The notes below the pieces were generated by a model. It was not told the DNA's origin. It did no database searches and saw nothing but the letters and a program-made list of their open reading frames with translations. Below are positions 15,601 through 32,114 of a stretch of 64,000 nucleotides of DNA, piece by piece. The position numbers and the translations under genes are program-made. Source of the stretch: Octopus vulgaris (taxonomy: Eukaryota); NCBI GenBank assembly GCA_951406725.2, contig OX597817.1:85188001-85252000 (forward strand), read 5' to 3'. Position 1 is the stretch's first letter. The number at the start of each line of letters is the position of its first letter.

Positions 15601-16470
15601 TTCTCATTAGACTCAGAGAAACTGCAAGATTCATGAGCTCTAACCATTCCTACTTGCTGTTTTTGCTACTTGCTGAGTAAAAACAAGTTGTAAAAACAGA
15701 AAAAAAATATTTTCTCAAGAAATGACAAAGCTCTGTAATTTCTTGTCTGAAACAAAGCTTTGGAAAAAGGAAAATGATGTGACCATTGAAATTTGGGACA
15801 AGGAAAGGAAAATTAGATATTTTCACTAATCTTGGAAGCACTATCTAACTTCAGTAATTGAACATCTGACATTGTTATTAATTCTTCCTGCTAAACATCA
15901 TATCCAACTTTAAATTACTTGAACTGTCACTGGGATAAGCATTAACTAAAGAAACTCTGCTAATTGGAACTATTGTAAAACCCCAAAATCAACAGCATCA
16001 GTATGTGTACATCCATTTAGAGTGTGTATTATATTAATACCAAATATTTCAGAAGATCCTCAAATGGCTGTATTTTATTGTAGAAAGAAGATTGTCATAA
16101 TAGCTTATTATTTCTACAAATCTGTACTAATCTTGGTTATTGAATTTCTAATTTTGCCAATTTTATTAATAAAAATAGGAACTAAAATTATTAATCTATT
16201 CTTCTAGGGTCACTAGAACAGAACAAATATGTTGTTTGCAGTCACTGTTCAATGAATAGTCCATCATTTAATTCAAGTTGCTGGGTTTTTTTCTGGATTC
16301 AATTGAACACATATTCAAATTTTTACTTATAATATTTTTCTCCTTTCCTTGTCACAGATTTTGATTAAATTGCAGTAAAAAAACTGTCTTTGAGAATTAA
16401 AATTTTTAGAAAGAGAATTCAATGAAAATAATCTCAATCTCAACTACTACTGCTGCTGCTGCTGCTAATG

Positions 16471-16500
<30 letters not shown>

Positions 16501-16502
<2 letters not shown>

Positions 16503-16870
16503 CAACACATCTGTCCCAATAGATGATGACGTATTGCTAAAAGAAATGGAAAAACTATTGAATACAAAGATCTGGAAATAAAAATAACCTGAGTATGGGG
16601 CCTGAAAACAGAAACAGCTCCTATAATAATATGTGCTTTAGCCATAAAAAAAAGATACATGCAGATGAATACATAACCAAAACTCCAGGACTTACAAATA
16701 TGTCTAACAAACTAGCACTGCTAGGCATCACGCACATCTTACATAGAGAACTTTCAGTACAGTTAAAATAACAGTGCCAAAACAAACCATAACAAATATC
16801 TAGACATATGAAGCTGAGTTTGGTAAAATAGTGAAAGCATACACAAAAAAAGACTATTGAACAGTAATAA
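16501..16870 (+). pseudogene. R4/Dong-clade REL endonuclease C-terminal relic at a (TAA)n tract
   Basis: INTSVPIDDDVLLKEMEKL.YKDLEIKIT*VWGLKTETAPIIICAL, preceded by (TAA)n at 16470-16502. Confidence 0.7.
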
Positions 16871-16874
16871 TAGA

Positions 16875-17295
16875 TTCAAATTTTGGTGCAAAGCCAGCAA
16901 TTTTGAGGAGGAGTTAGTCAATACCATGGACCTCCAGTACTTGTTTGGTACTTATTTCATTGACCTTAGAGGGATGAAAGGCTAAGTTGACCCCAGTGGA
17001 ATATAAGGAACTGGCAGAAAAAATTACTTCTAAGTATTTTGTCAAATGTGCTTAAAATTTTGCTTGCTAGCCGACTGGATAATAATAATTCTTTATGGTA
17101 TAGGCACAAGACTTGAAATTTCGGGGGAGTGGGCTAGTCAATTATTTCAACCCCACTACTCAACTGATACTTATTTCATCAACCCTGAAAGGATAAAGGG
17201 TAAGTCAACTTCAACAGCATTTGACCTCAGAATGTAAAGACAGGCAAGATGCTGCTAAGAATTTTGTCCAACATGCTAATGACTCTACCAGCCCA
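16875..17295 (-). mobile_element. Two degenerate SINE family B copies
   Basis: Reverse complement of the central domain twice (GGTACTTATTTCATTGACC...GGATGAAAGGC; GATACTTATTTCATCAACCCTGAAAGGATAAAGG). Confidence 0.55.
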
Positions 17296-17489
17296 TCACC
17301 TGCATCATTATCATCATCATCATTGAACGTCTGTTTTCTATGCTGGCATGGGTTGGACAGTTTGGCTAGAGCTGGCAAACCAGAGAGCTAAACCAGGCTC
17401 CATTTGTCTGTTTTTGCATGCTTTCTATGGCTTGATGCCCTCTGGTACGGAGCCAACATTAGACTACAATGGAGACATATAGAGAAACT

Positions 17490-18033
17490 CCATCAAAAAC
17501 TAGCTCATCTTTCAGGCTGGGAAAAGTTCAGAGAGCTGCTATCTTTGTTAGTAACAATGAGTCTCTCCCTCAGAGTGAAGGGTAGGTTGTATGATGCCTA
17601 TGTACAAACAGCTATGATACATGGTAGTATAACTAGGATGTAACTACTGAGGATATGCAAAGGCTTGAAAGAAATGAAACCAACATGTTCCACCAGATAG
17701 GTCATGTCAGTGTGCATGCACATCATCATCATCCTCATCATTTAACGCCTGTGTTCCATGCTTGCATGAGTAGAAGAATTGGATATAAGAGACATCAGAT
17801 GTAGTGTGTAAGAGAGAAAACTGTGTTGGTATGGTCATGTGATATGTATGAATGAGGACAGCTGCATAAATAAGTGCTGATTTCTAATTGTGGTGGGAAC
17901 CTGTGGAAGGGGTAGACCCAGGAAGACATGGGTTAATGTGGTGGTGAGAAATGATGTTCAGATGTTGCACCTCACAGAGGAGATGACAAGGGACTGATTT
18001 GCTCTGCTTGAGAAGACATGTTGAGCTAAGTAA
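17490..18033 (+). pseudogene. RTE LINE ORF C-terminal relic
   Basis: GWEKFRELLSLLVTMSLSLRVKGRLYDAYVQTAMIHGS, LCWYGHVICMNED and GTCGRGRPRKTW; ends GCTCTGCTTGAGAAGAC. Confidence 0.75.
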
Positions 18034-18110
18034 AAGCATGGTCATCCATACATAAAGGCATTTCCTTTATAATCATGCCCTCCACTCAGACTCACACACA
18101 CACACGCACG

Positions 18111-18150
<40 letters not shown>

Positions 18151-18335
18151 ACTTGTCCTCTGTCAAAACACTCCAACAACCTATCTTCCCAACATCCTCC
18201 CCATATAACTATCCATGATCACCACCCACTGCAGGCCCCTCCACTCTTCCTCATGTGCCTATTCACACTCCATGCTCTAACATATCTCCCGTACCTCACT
18301 CCCAGCCACTCCATTTTCTCTCTATCATTCATCTA

Positions 18336-18368
<33 letters not shown>

Positions 18369-18483
18369 AATGATGATAATGATAATAATGATAATAATAA
18401 TAATAATGATAATAATAATAATGATAATAATAATAGTAATAATAATAATGATGATAATAATAATAATGATGATGATGATGATG

Positions 18484-18519
<36 letters not shown>
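18336..18519. repeat. (AAT)n/(GAT)n trinucleotide microsatellite
   Basis: Seen directly. Confidence 0.95.
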
Positions 18520-18520
<1 letters not shown>

Positions 18521-19210
18521 GCACTGAGAACTAATTACACTAGGTTCCAAATAGAAATGAGCAGTGAATTTCCCCTTTGTGGGATGTGTGACCACAAAAA
18601 TGAAACAACCTCATGTATTGTGAGTGAGTGTAGCAAACTGGCTCAAAAGGATTACAAAAGGAGGCACAATGATATGGCTAGGTTTGTTCACTGGCGTTTG
18701 TATGAGAAATACGTTCTTGAAAGAACACGGAAATAGTACAAACATAAACCAGAAGGCATCACTGAGAATGATGAATATGAGATCCTATTGATTTTATGAT
18801 CCAGTGATCCACTAATTGATGTTTGGAGACCAGACATTGTTGTAGTGGATAAAAGGAAGAAGAAAACATAAGATCATAGATATTGCCATACATGGGGATG
18901 CAAGTGTGGGTAACAAAGAGTTGGAAAAGACAGAAAAAGGTAAGCTACTAAAAGATGAAATTGCATGAATGTGGGCATTGAAGAGAGTAACTGTCATGCC
19001 AGTAGTTGTAGGAGCACTGGTAGCACTAACAAGCCAGTTTGAGAAATATGTCGGAGAAATTGGAATTAACACAAGGGTTAAACATACTCAAAAAATGGTC
19101 TATTGGGGACAGCAAGGATTTTGTGATTGGTACTTGGGTGTTAAGTATTATGGAAAGAGACCCTGTGAGACTTTTGATAACAGGTTGTTGCCTACCTTGG
19201 TGGCACACTA
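18520..19210 (+). pseudogene. R4/Dong-clade CCHC plus REL endonuclease relic
   Basis: CGMCDHKNET...SECSKLAQKDYKRRHNDMARFVHW, RPDIVVVDK..K..KIIDIAI and MWALKRVTVMPVVVGAL; starts immediately after (TAA)n. Confidence 0.75.
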
Positions 19211-19299
19211 TGTAGATTTAATACACTTGATGAAAGCATTAGTTATAAACTTTCTAAGGACTGCGATGCATTTGGAAAAGTTGAGCTGTGGCTCAGGTT

Positions 19300-19900
19300 A
19301 CAAATTAGACATCAAAGCAGCAATGAAAGGTGAAGTCTAAGAATCATGTGTCTTAATTGCACTGTTGTATGAATGTAAGACTTGGACAACCTACCACATG
19401 CATTGAATGCCTTGAATGATTCCATGAATGATGCTTGAAAATTTCATGGCCATCTCATGTGTCTGATACAAGAGCACTGCAGCCAACAAAATCGATAACT
19501 CAGATGGTTTGGACATCCTGTCTATTTAGAAAGCATCTGCATGCTAAAACAGGTGTTGTATGGTGAGCAGGAGGAAGTAAAACATCCTCAGCACAAACCA
19601 AGCAAACATTTCAAAGACAGTCTTGAAGGCACACTTAAATAACATCAATATTGATTCTAGCACCCAAGAAGATCTTACATCAGACAGGAAGTTATGGGAA
19701 AATTTGATTGTTGGTGGTGTTAAAAAGTTCACAAACAACAAGGTTGTATACACTAAGTTGAAACATGCTGGTAACTATACAGAGGATGTGAACTCTCTCC
19801 CTAAGAAGGGCATGAAAGAAGCAGACCAGTGTGGTCATGTCTGCTTCTCAAAGGCAGGTCTACTCAGCCACAAGTGTGGTCATGGAGGTGCATCCTCTTT
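19300..19900 (+). pseudogene. Degenerate RTE (BovB-like) ORF C-terminal relic
   Basis: LLYECKTWTTY, LRWFGH-like segment, HFKDSLKAHLNNINID....EDLTSDRKLW and a C-terminal CGHVCFSKAGLLSH zinc knuckle. Confidence 0.6.
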
Positions 19901-20130
19901 CAGTGTGATATCCAGCATGTTCTCTCATGTGCTTTATGCGGAAGAGTGTGTGGGTTGGCTAGTGAACTCACTTTGCATCGTAGGTCCCAACAATAAAATG
20001 TTCAAGCTGTTGCTGGAAGGCTGACTTTTGGTTGGTGTGGAATGATTTGTAGGCCACTCAAGCCTTATAAAATGTCATCAGCGATGGGGAGACCAAGCAT
20101 GAGATGTTTCTTTTAGTGAAATAGGTTTAA

Positions 20131-20348
20131 CCCTTTCAATACCAATCCAGCTGAAACCACCTCTGGCTCTGTAGTACAAATGTCTTGTTTTCATAAGTTT
20201 CGAATTAAAATCTTTCACCAAACCGTAGTCACAATTTATGTTCCTAACACTAGCTTAAAAATAAGTTATTTTACTAAATTCTTTGTAATATTTAAAATTA
20301 TTTGAAAGAAACACAGAGCATCTCAAAATAAATATGATAATGGAAGGT
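20131..20348. mobile_element. piggyBac-type MITE
   Basis: TTAA at 20127-20130 and 20349-20352; left end CCCTTTCAATACCA, right end GATAATGGAAGGT; ends resemble the element at 34586-35644. Confidence 0.65.
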
Positions 20349-21252
20349 TTAAGAAGTGATCATACTCTGTAGCTAGTCACCTGCCACCATGTATGTGTTA
20401 GCAACAATGAAGGCTGATAAATAACTTACACTTTTTTTCTAAATATAGTAAAGTTTTGTCAGCTATAAAATTTGAGTTGCAGCAACAGTCCAATTAATGT
20501 ACTATAATTAAACCTATATGTGTGCATTGATATATCAATGCATACATATATATGTTATTGTATAACTAAGTCTTAGCATCCCCACAGCACCCAATGATAT
20601 TTTAATCTGCTCTGAAATATTATAGGTTTCTATTTTTTTTTTTCATTCAGACTAACTGAGAGAAGTGAATTTCATAAGATTATCAGATTATCATTGTTGG
20701 ATTTCTTTCAGGGCTCTTATGTTATATTTTTATTGCTATCCACATATTTGGGTGTACCCTTTTAGAAAAAATTCTCTCTTTTCATAGTTTTGAGTCACTT
20801 TTAAAGTTTTCACCCCACCATAGCCCCTACACAGATTCTTAAATCATTAGTAAACAGATTGTTGTTAGAACTAATGCATACAAGGAAATTGTTTTATACA
20901 GATCAAAAAAGCAAAGCACATAATGCAGCTCCCTGAGGAATACCAAGTTTCACAGTTGTAGCTATGAATTACACCATACTATGATTGGTGACTTTCTGTT
21001 CTCTAGTGATTATTTGATTTATTTCAAATTCTGTCTCTTGAAAACCAAATTATCCTAATTTTTAAAGTGTTTTTCTTCATTATTTGCCTGTTGAATAATT
21101 GAGAGAAGACTTTGTGTAGGTATGTGTGTATTAAAAAAAACCCCAGTAAATTGAAAGCAAATAGTGAAGAGCTCAAAGCAACAGGGTGCTTCAGCCTAAA
21201 GAGAATTGTAATGGATGAAACCCTAGAAAAACTAGTGTACACATGCATGTAC

Positions 21253-21254
<2 letters not shown>

Positions 21255-21283
<29 letters not shown>

Positions 21284-21560
21284 TGTATGTATGTATGTAT
21301 GTATGTATGTATGTATGTATGTATGTATGTATGTATGTATGTATGTATGTATGTGTGTGTGTATGTATGTATGAACATACATACACACACACATACATAC
21401 ATGTGTGTGTGATGTACATGCATGTACATATATATTTATGTATGTGTATAAATGTATGTATATACATGGGTATGTATATGCATGCATGTGTATATATATA
21501 TGTGTGTGTGTGTATATATGTGTATATACATATACATACATATATACATATATATATTAT
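21255..21560. repeat. (ATGT)n and mixed RY microsatellite
   Basis: Seen directly. Confidence 0.9.
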
Positions 21561-22049
21561 ATAAATTTTATATGGGAGAGAGAGTGAGAGAGAAAGAAGA
21601 AAGAATAAGAGAGAGAAAGAGAAAAGAGTGAAGGACAGAGAGATAGGGAGGGGCATAGCAGTAAGCTTGAATTTCAGAACATTATACTCTCTGTGAAATT
21701 GCCTAAGCATATCAGAAACTATTTCAGTTACTATATCTGTGTGGTATAAATTCTGCACAACAGTCAAAAACATTTCATTTTCATAACTAAAGAAAATATG
21801 CACCATAGCAGGTGGGTGGCCTACTGTGATCAGTTGACAGTATTTTCATTTAATCTAGCAGTCTGTGACTGTAGCATATATAGAAGATTATTTTTCAATT
21901 TGTATTAAAGAGAATTGATATATTTCCCAACAGGGGAAAAAAACATTTGTACATGTCAAAAAAGGTTTCCAAGGACAACTGAGACAATGGAATCAAACCA
22001 TTTAGATAGAGTAAAAACAATGAAATAAAATAGTTTTGATGTTTAACTC

Positions 22050-22091
<42 letters not shown>

Positions 22092-22377
22092 AATAAATAA
22101 ATATATATATATATAAAACATCAAGGTTTTTTAGCCTTTGTTATACTCTTTCACAGTCTTGTGTAGCCGATTAAAGCCAATGGTAAAATACTTCTTTAAG
22201 TGACACATAAAGGGTTCTGCATTTAACTAAAAGGAAATTTAGTTCTTTTAAGATATTCTTTTCTGTATTTTCAGTTTCTATTTTATGAATACTTGTGTGT
22301 ATAAAATTAATGTTATTCATATATATATATATATATAAATATATGAATAACTTTATTTCTATACATAAAACAAAAAT

Positions 22378-22442
<65 letters not shown>

Positions 22443-23375
22443 TTAAACAAATATACATATATGTTTATATATGACAAAGAAGCATATATTGAATAACTTT
22501 AATTCTATGCATAAAACACATGCATTCAAATGTGTGTGTGTGTGTGTTGATAAATGAACAAAGAAATAGATGTGTATGTATATATTACATTTTATATATG
22601 TAACTTTTGCATAAAATAAAACATACCTATATGTTTAACTATGAATCGCATCTATTTTCAACACTTTTAACTTTTATTTCATTTTTTCCCATTGTGATAT
22701 TATTATTTTAACTTATAGTTTGTGCTTACTGGTGGTCTTAACAGAAAGATTTGTTATAGAATAACAATTTTGCTGAAATTCTTATTTGAATCAGTTAGTT
22801 GTATTACCTTCAGAAAGTTATAAACCATTTTCTTGATATAAAGAAGAAAAGAAATGTGTGAAAAACGAAAACATGTAAGAATGTGATGTAGGTAATGTGA
22901 ATACATAAGTAAATAGAAACCAATATTTTAAAATATATTTGAAAATTGGATTGTAGCTTGTTAACTTTATAAACATGGTCATGATTTAATAGTTATACTA
23001 TGCAAAGATTCATTGCTTGGAGTTAGGATTTGAGACTTCGTAATTTACATTTTTCATGATAAACCATCAGGTTAAAGAATAGTGGTGATGGTGATGGTGC
23101 AGACTAAGGAAGAACGTTATAGCACAAAGTAATGAGTTGGGAAGTAAAGGTTTGTCTATCAATCATACATCTTTTGATTAGTGTTTATGATCTGATGTGT
23201 TTGTATGTGCCACATCTGTTCTGTGCTTTAAGATAAGCTAGCCTTCTGCCTTGTAGAAATTGATGTATGAGTGTTATGAAAGGTCATCTGAAACTGAGAC
23301 ACCTAAATCCAAATCCTAGGAATTGTAGATCTGTTACAAAATATAATTCCTGAACACAATTATAAACTCTATATG

Positions 23376-24081
23376 CAGGTTCTTAATCCTTTATCTGAAA
23401 ATCTCAATTTCAAAAGTACTTTTGAGTGAGAAGAACCAGAAATGAAAAATTCTAGAAAGCATTCTGGAGGTTTCTGAGAATGACCTCATCTACTCTGGGC
23501 TGGCTTACCCAACCTGGTTAATTTGGCACCAGTATATTCTCAATAGCCATCATTATAACAGTTTCATGTGGGTGTTACAACATGTCTTATGCTCTACACC
23601 GTGTTGAAAATGTTGAAAAAATTTGCTTATATCCTTTTATCAAAAATATCAAAAAAAGTTTAAAAAAACATTGCACACATCAAAAATTGAAGATCTTGAC
23701 CATATGTTAAGGAATTGGATTCTGATTGATCAAACATGAAACAAACAAAAGTCTATCAATACAAAGGAAATTATTCTTACATTAAATCTGGATTTCACTT
23801 CCTCATATATCATTACCTGAAAGCATTTTTCTACAAAATTATTTATTATCATTTTTTTAATATATTCACTCTGTACAACACCTAAAATGTATTTAAAACA
23901 ATCTTCATGGTAAATGTTTTTGCTGTATTATGAAACATGACTGGATAACAAGTTTAGTTTTGAATCCCACCTCTAGGCTAAGCTTAGAGATGCAAATATA
24001 CAATCATGCAGAACTTAGCAAAAGTTCAACGACTGAAACACCTCCAGTCCAAAGAGATTCAGATGAACCATTGTCAGTTTG
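23376..24081 (+). mobile_element. Tigger/pogo-like DNA transposon relic
   Basis: KKTLHTSKIEDLDHMLRNWI (~23663-23722) resembles the CENP-B/Jerky HTH region; ends are weakly complementary (TATCTGAAAATCTC / GAGATTCAGATGA). Confidence 0.45.
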
Positions 24082-24287
24082 TATTAGTGAAAAAATAAAG
24101 TACAACACAATAAAATCAACACTCCATAGAATTTTAGATGTTATAATTGCTTAACCCCGGGTTTGCACCAGCAGTGACCAACTCACCATAACTTTCAACA
24201 TGTCTAGACAAAAAAAAATTGGTATATGTAATTAGGTAACCTTAGAATTATCATAGCAGTTGAAGAATAGTTATAACTGTGAAAATA

Positions 24288-24516
24288 AGGTGGTGAGCTA
24301 GCAGAATCATTACCATACCAGACAAAATGCTTAGTGGCATTTCAACTGTCCTTATGTTCTGGGTTCAAGTGCTGCTGAAGTCAACTTTGCCTTTCATCCT
24401 TTCAAAGTCAATAGAATATTACCAGTCAAGTACTGGGGTCAATATAATTGACTAGATCCCGCCTCAAAAAATTTCTGGCCTTGTGCCTATAAAAGAAAAG
24501 TAAAAGAAAGGATTAT
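24288..24516 (+). mobile_element. SINE family B, near full length
   Basis: tRNA-like head GGTGGTGAGCTAGCAGAATC...CTGGGTTCAAGT, central GCCTTTCATCCTTTC domain and GGCCTTGTGCCTATA tail. Confidence 0.7.
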
Positions 24517-25209
24517 AACGATAAAAATTACTTAATGAAAGGTACTCCCAACAGACTGAAAGAAATTTTCTGGGACAATAACTGAGGAATATGCATGTCA
24601 AGATCTCTTTACCTCAAACCTTTTTTCATTTACTAATTAAAACTACTTATTTAATTTCATGTTGTCTCTATGAAGAGGACACTTTTAAGATATTCAGGCA
24701 GTTATAATTTAATAAAAAGCTCGAATTCTTTTTTCACAAAAAATGAATAGATTGGATAACAAAAATACATTCTACTGTATTTCACAGCTCAAGTATTAAA
24801 TTTATATTGTTTATTTATTTTTTTTTTTTTCATGGAAGTTAAAGGGATTTGTATGTTCTTGTCATGTGCAACAACATCTGAAGCAAATTTTATCTCACCA
24901 ACTATGTTTCATGATTCCAGTATCTTCTTGACATCATTTTGTAACTTTTCTCTCCATGCTTTCTGCCAAATATTTTTCTTTTTTCTTTTCACAATTTCAA
25001 TCCTTCTGCCTCTTGTTTTGTTTACTTGCAATGACTTTTTTCTTAGTTTTTTGCTCTAGAACACACACACACACACAATATTGTGTGTGTGTGTGCACAC
25101 GTGTGTGTGTGTGTGTGCATGCACACACATATATATATATATACATGCACATACATAAATTTGCTAAACTTCATTCCTACTCATGCATGATTTAACACAA
25201 GCATTTACA

Positions 25210-25271
<62 letters not shown>

Positions 25272-25817
25272 ACACATGCACACACACATTTACATGTATG
25301 CATTTTCTTGTACAGATGAATATCTTATCCACACATGCTTGTTCTCTATTTGCAAATTTTACAAAAACAAAACATACAAATCATATATATGGAGAGTGAG
25401 AGAAAGAGGAAGACAGACAGACAGGCAGGCAGACAGGTAGATAGATAGATAGATTTACTCTTTTCTAATTGTACTTCCACCCACCCAAGTGATGTTTTTA
25501 TCTTCACATGTATATTTGTCCAGTTTTTCTTTTCTCCTCCACTATTGTTTATATTTTTATTTTAGTATTTTTATGTGTTTTTGTCTTTTGCTTCTACTTG
25601 TTTGCTTCCTTTCTTTGATGATGTCAATATTTTTTTAAAGATGTAAATATGCAATGAGATACAAAACTATCTTAGCACTTCTTTCTGTAGAATATTATTT
25701 GTATATATTATATGTATATATAATTTCACTTGTTTCATGTTATTGGAATGCATACATGTTAAATAAATAAAAAATATCGAATTTGTATCTATAAATAGAA
25801 ATTTCCATGAATTACTT

Positions 25818-25852
<35 letters not shown>

Positions 25853-25889
<37 letters not shown>

Positions 25890-28128
25890 TTAACGTCCGC
25901 TTTCCATGCTAGCATGGGTTGGACGGTTCAACTGGGGTCTGGGGAGCCCGAAAGCTGCACCAGTCCAGTCAGATCTGGCAGTGTTTCTACAGCTGGATGC
26001 CCTTCCTAATGCCAACCACTCCGAGAGTGTAGTGGGTGATTTTATGTGCCACCGACACAGGTACCAGACGAGGCTGGCAAACGGCCATGCTCGGATGGTG
26101 TTTTTTATGAGCCACCGACACAGGTGCCAGACGAGGCTGGCAGACGGCCACGCTCGGATGGTGTTTTTATGTGCCACCGACACAGGTGCCAGATGAGGCT
26201 GGCAAACGGCCACGATCGGATGGTGTTTGTTACGTGCCCACAGCACGGAGGCCAGTCGATGCGGTACTGGCTACGGCCATGTTCGGATGGTTTTCTTGTG
26301 TGCCACGTGCCACCGGCACTGGTACCACAAAGATACAAATTCCATTGATGTTCATCTATTTTGATTTGTTTTGATTTTCACTTGCCTCAACAGGTCTTCA
26401 CAAGTGTCACAAGAAGGAAGGTATGCACAGGTGGACTGACTACGTCCCAGGTAGGGGCCACAGGTTATGGCCTGACTAGTCTTTCCGGGTCTTCGGATGG
26501 TGTTTTTATGTGCCACCGACACAGGTGCCAGATGAGGCTGGCGAACGGCCACGATCGGATGGTGTTTGTTACGTGCCCACAGCACGGAGGCCAGTCGGTG
26601 CGGTACAGGCTACGGCCACGTTCGGATAGTTTTCTTGTGTGCCACCAGCACTGGTACCACAAAGATACAATTCCATTAATGTTCATCTATTTTGATTTGT
26701 TTTGATTTGATTTCATTTCATTTCATTTTGATTTTCACTTGCCTCAACAGGCTTTCACAAGTATCAAAAGGAGGAAGGTATGCACAGGTGGACTGACTAC
26801 GTCCCAGGTAGGGGCCATGGGATATGGCCTGCCGGGTCTTCGGATGGTGTTTTTATGTGCCACCGACACAGGTGCTAGATGAGGCTGGCAAACGGCCACG
26901 ATCGGATGGTGTTTGTTATGTGCCCACAGCACGATGGCCAGTCGATGTGGTACTGACTACGGCCATGTTCGGATGGATTTCTTGTGTGCCACAGGCACTG
27001 GTACCACAAAGATACAAATTCCATTGATGTTCATCTATTTTGATTTGATTTGATTTTCACTTGCCTCAACAGGTCTTCACAAGTGTCACAAGAAGGAAGG
27101 TATGCACAGGTGGACTGACTAGTCTTGCCGGGTCTTCGGAAGGTGTTTTTATGTGCCACCGACACAGGTGCCTGATGAGGCTGGCGAACGGCCATGATCG
27201 GATGGTGTTTGTTACGTGCCCACAGCACGGAGGCCGGTCGATGCGGAACTGGCTACGGCCACGTTCGGATGGTTCTCTTGTGTGCCACCGGCACTGGTAC
27301 CACAAAGATACAGATTCCATTGATGTTCATCTATTTTGATTTGTTTTGATTTTGATTTTCACTTGCCTCAACAGGTCTTCACAAGTGTCACAAGAAGGAA
27401 GGTATGCACAGGTGGACTGACTACGTCCCAGGTAGGGGCCATGGGTTATGGCCTGACTAGTCTTGCTGGGTCTTCGGATGGTGTTTTTATGTGCCACCGA
27501 CACAGGTGCCAGATGAGGCTGGCGAACGGCCACGATCGGATGTTGTTTGTCATGTGCCCACAGCACGGAGGCCAGTCGATGCGGTACTGGCTACGGCCAC
27601 TTTCGGATGGTTTTCTCTTGTGTGCCACCGGCACTGGTACCACAAAGATACAAATTCCATTGATGTTCATCTATTTTGATTTGTTTTGATTTGATTTTGA
27701 TTTTCACTTGCCTCAACAGGCCTACACAAGTATCACACGGAGGACGGTATGCACAGGTGGACTGACTACGTCCCAGGTAGGGTCCATGGTTTAGGGCCGG
27801 ACTAGTCTTGCCGGGTCTTCGGATGGTGTTTTTATGTGCCACCGACACAGGTGCTAGCTGAGGCTGGCGAACGGCCACGACCGGATGGTGTTTGTTATGT
27901 GCCCACAGCACGATGGCCAGTGATGCGGTACTGACTACGGCCATGTTCGGATGGATTCTTGTGTGCCACAGGCACTGGTACCACAAAGATACAAATTCCA
28001 TTGATGTTCATCTATTTTGATTTGATTTGATTTTCACTTGCCTCAACAGGTCTTCACAAGTGTCACAAGAAGGAAGGTATGTACAGGTGGACTGACTACG
28101 TCCCAGGTAGGGGCCACGGGTTATGACC
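25853..28128 (-). repeat. RTE-type 3' end with its upstream 3'-UTR segment tandemly amplified (~6 units of ~300-360 bp)
   Basis: (CAT)n tail at 25853-25889, then TTAACGTCCGCTTTCCATGCTAGC. Unit marker TTTCACTTGCCTCAACAGG recurs at ~26375, 26733, 27055, 27357, 27702 and 28032. Confidence 0.85.
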
Positions 28129-31278
<3,150 letters not shown>

Positions 31279-32114
31279 CTAGCAGAATTGCCCGGCGTTG
31301 AATTACTTGAAAGTACTGTTAATGATTGCACTGAATGATGATGATTATTCAGGCAAATATTGATATAAGTTTACACTGGGAGATAAGGACTTAACGATCA
31401 AACGTGTGCCATTGCATTGTTTTGGGGGAACCAAATTTCTGATGAGCATTATAGGGGCACCAACTTTAAGTTTGAGAAAGTGTGGTGGTAGTCCGGGGTG
31501 CTCAAAGGAATTGAGTACCTCTATTGGATAGTTGATGACGTCCTCTGGGTCAGGAGTTGTATCGATAGACTGATATACATAGACTTCCCCAGGAATGAGT
31601 TTTAGCATTTCATCATTAATATGGTGAACAGTTTTATTCCTTGGGGCCAGTATAGCCTTTTTGCCAATCCAATCCATATTCTGATAATTAGCTTGTAGAT
31701 CTTGGAACACTGCATCTCTGAGATCAGAAGGCGTCTTAACAATGGTACAAATGGAATCGATGGCAATATTACCATTTTCATCCCCTGGTATTTTGCCTTC
31801 GCCAAGTGCAATGAGGGTGTGAGTAAATGCTGCTGATGTGATATTACGTCGCATATGAGCACGCATATTGGTGTGAAGTTTGAGAGTTACTTCCCTTAAT
31901 TTTAAAAAAATGCATTAAAATGGGAAAAAATGATGGTAAATTATTTGTAAAATCGTAGACTCATCGTAGACGCGCGCTAATACCCATAAGGGCTCGATAT
32001 GAATCCCGACTATAAAATACTCGGTTTTGGTTAAACTGCATCGCAAAATGTGGGAGTAGTTAGGAATCTAAATCGGAGTAGACAGACACACAACCTTTCT
32101 TTTGTATATAAAGA
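31279..32114 (-). mobile_element. Non-autonomous Helitron (5' TC ... CTAG 3', between A and T)
   Basis: The minus strand starts A|TCTTTATATACAAAAG at 32114 and ends CAACGCCGGGCAATTCTGCTAG|T at 31279; it carries a helicase fragment. Confidence 0.8.
31345..31885 (-). pseudogene. Helitron RepHel PIF1-family helicase fragment (~175 aa, open)
   Basis: LKLHTNMRA, KAILAPRNKTVHHIN, YQSID, YPIEVLNS...GLPPHFLKLKVGAPIMLIRNL and CNGTRLIV are PIF1/Helitron helicase motifs. Confidence 0.85.

Noticed and set aside
18255-18595. Poly-N/D, poly-L and poly-I ORFs
   Set aside because: They are translations of the (AAT)n/(GAT)n microsatellite.
21650-21806. Protein-like N-terminus of the 260-aa minus-strand ORF as a host exon
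   Set aside because: No recognisable domain or clear splice donor, and the ORF length comes from downstream microsatellites.
27172-27192. CTGATGAGGCTGGCGAAC as a hammerhead ribozyme core
   Set aside because: CTGATGA appears in only one unit (most others read CAGATGA), it has GAAC instead of GAAA, and no convincing stems are present.
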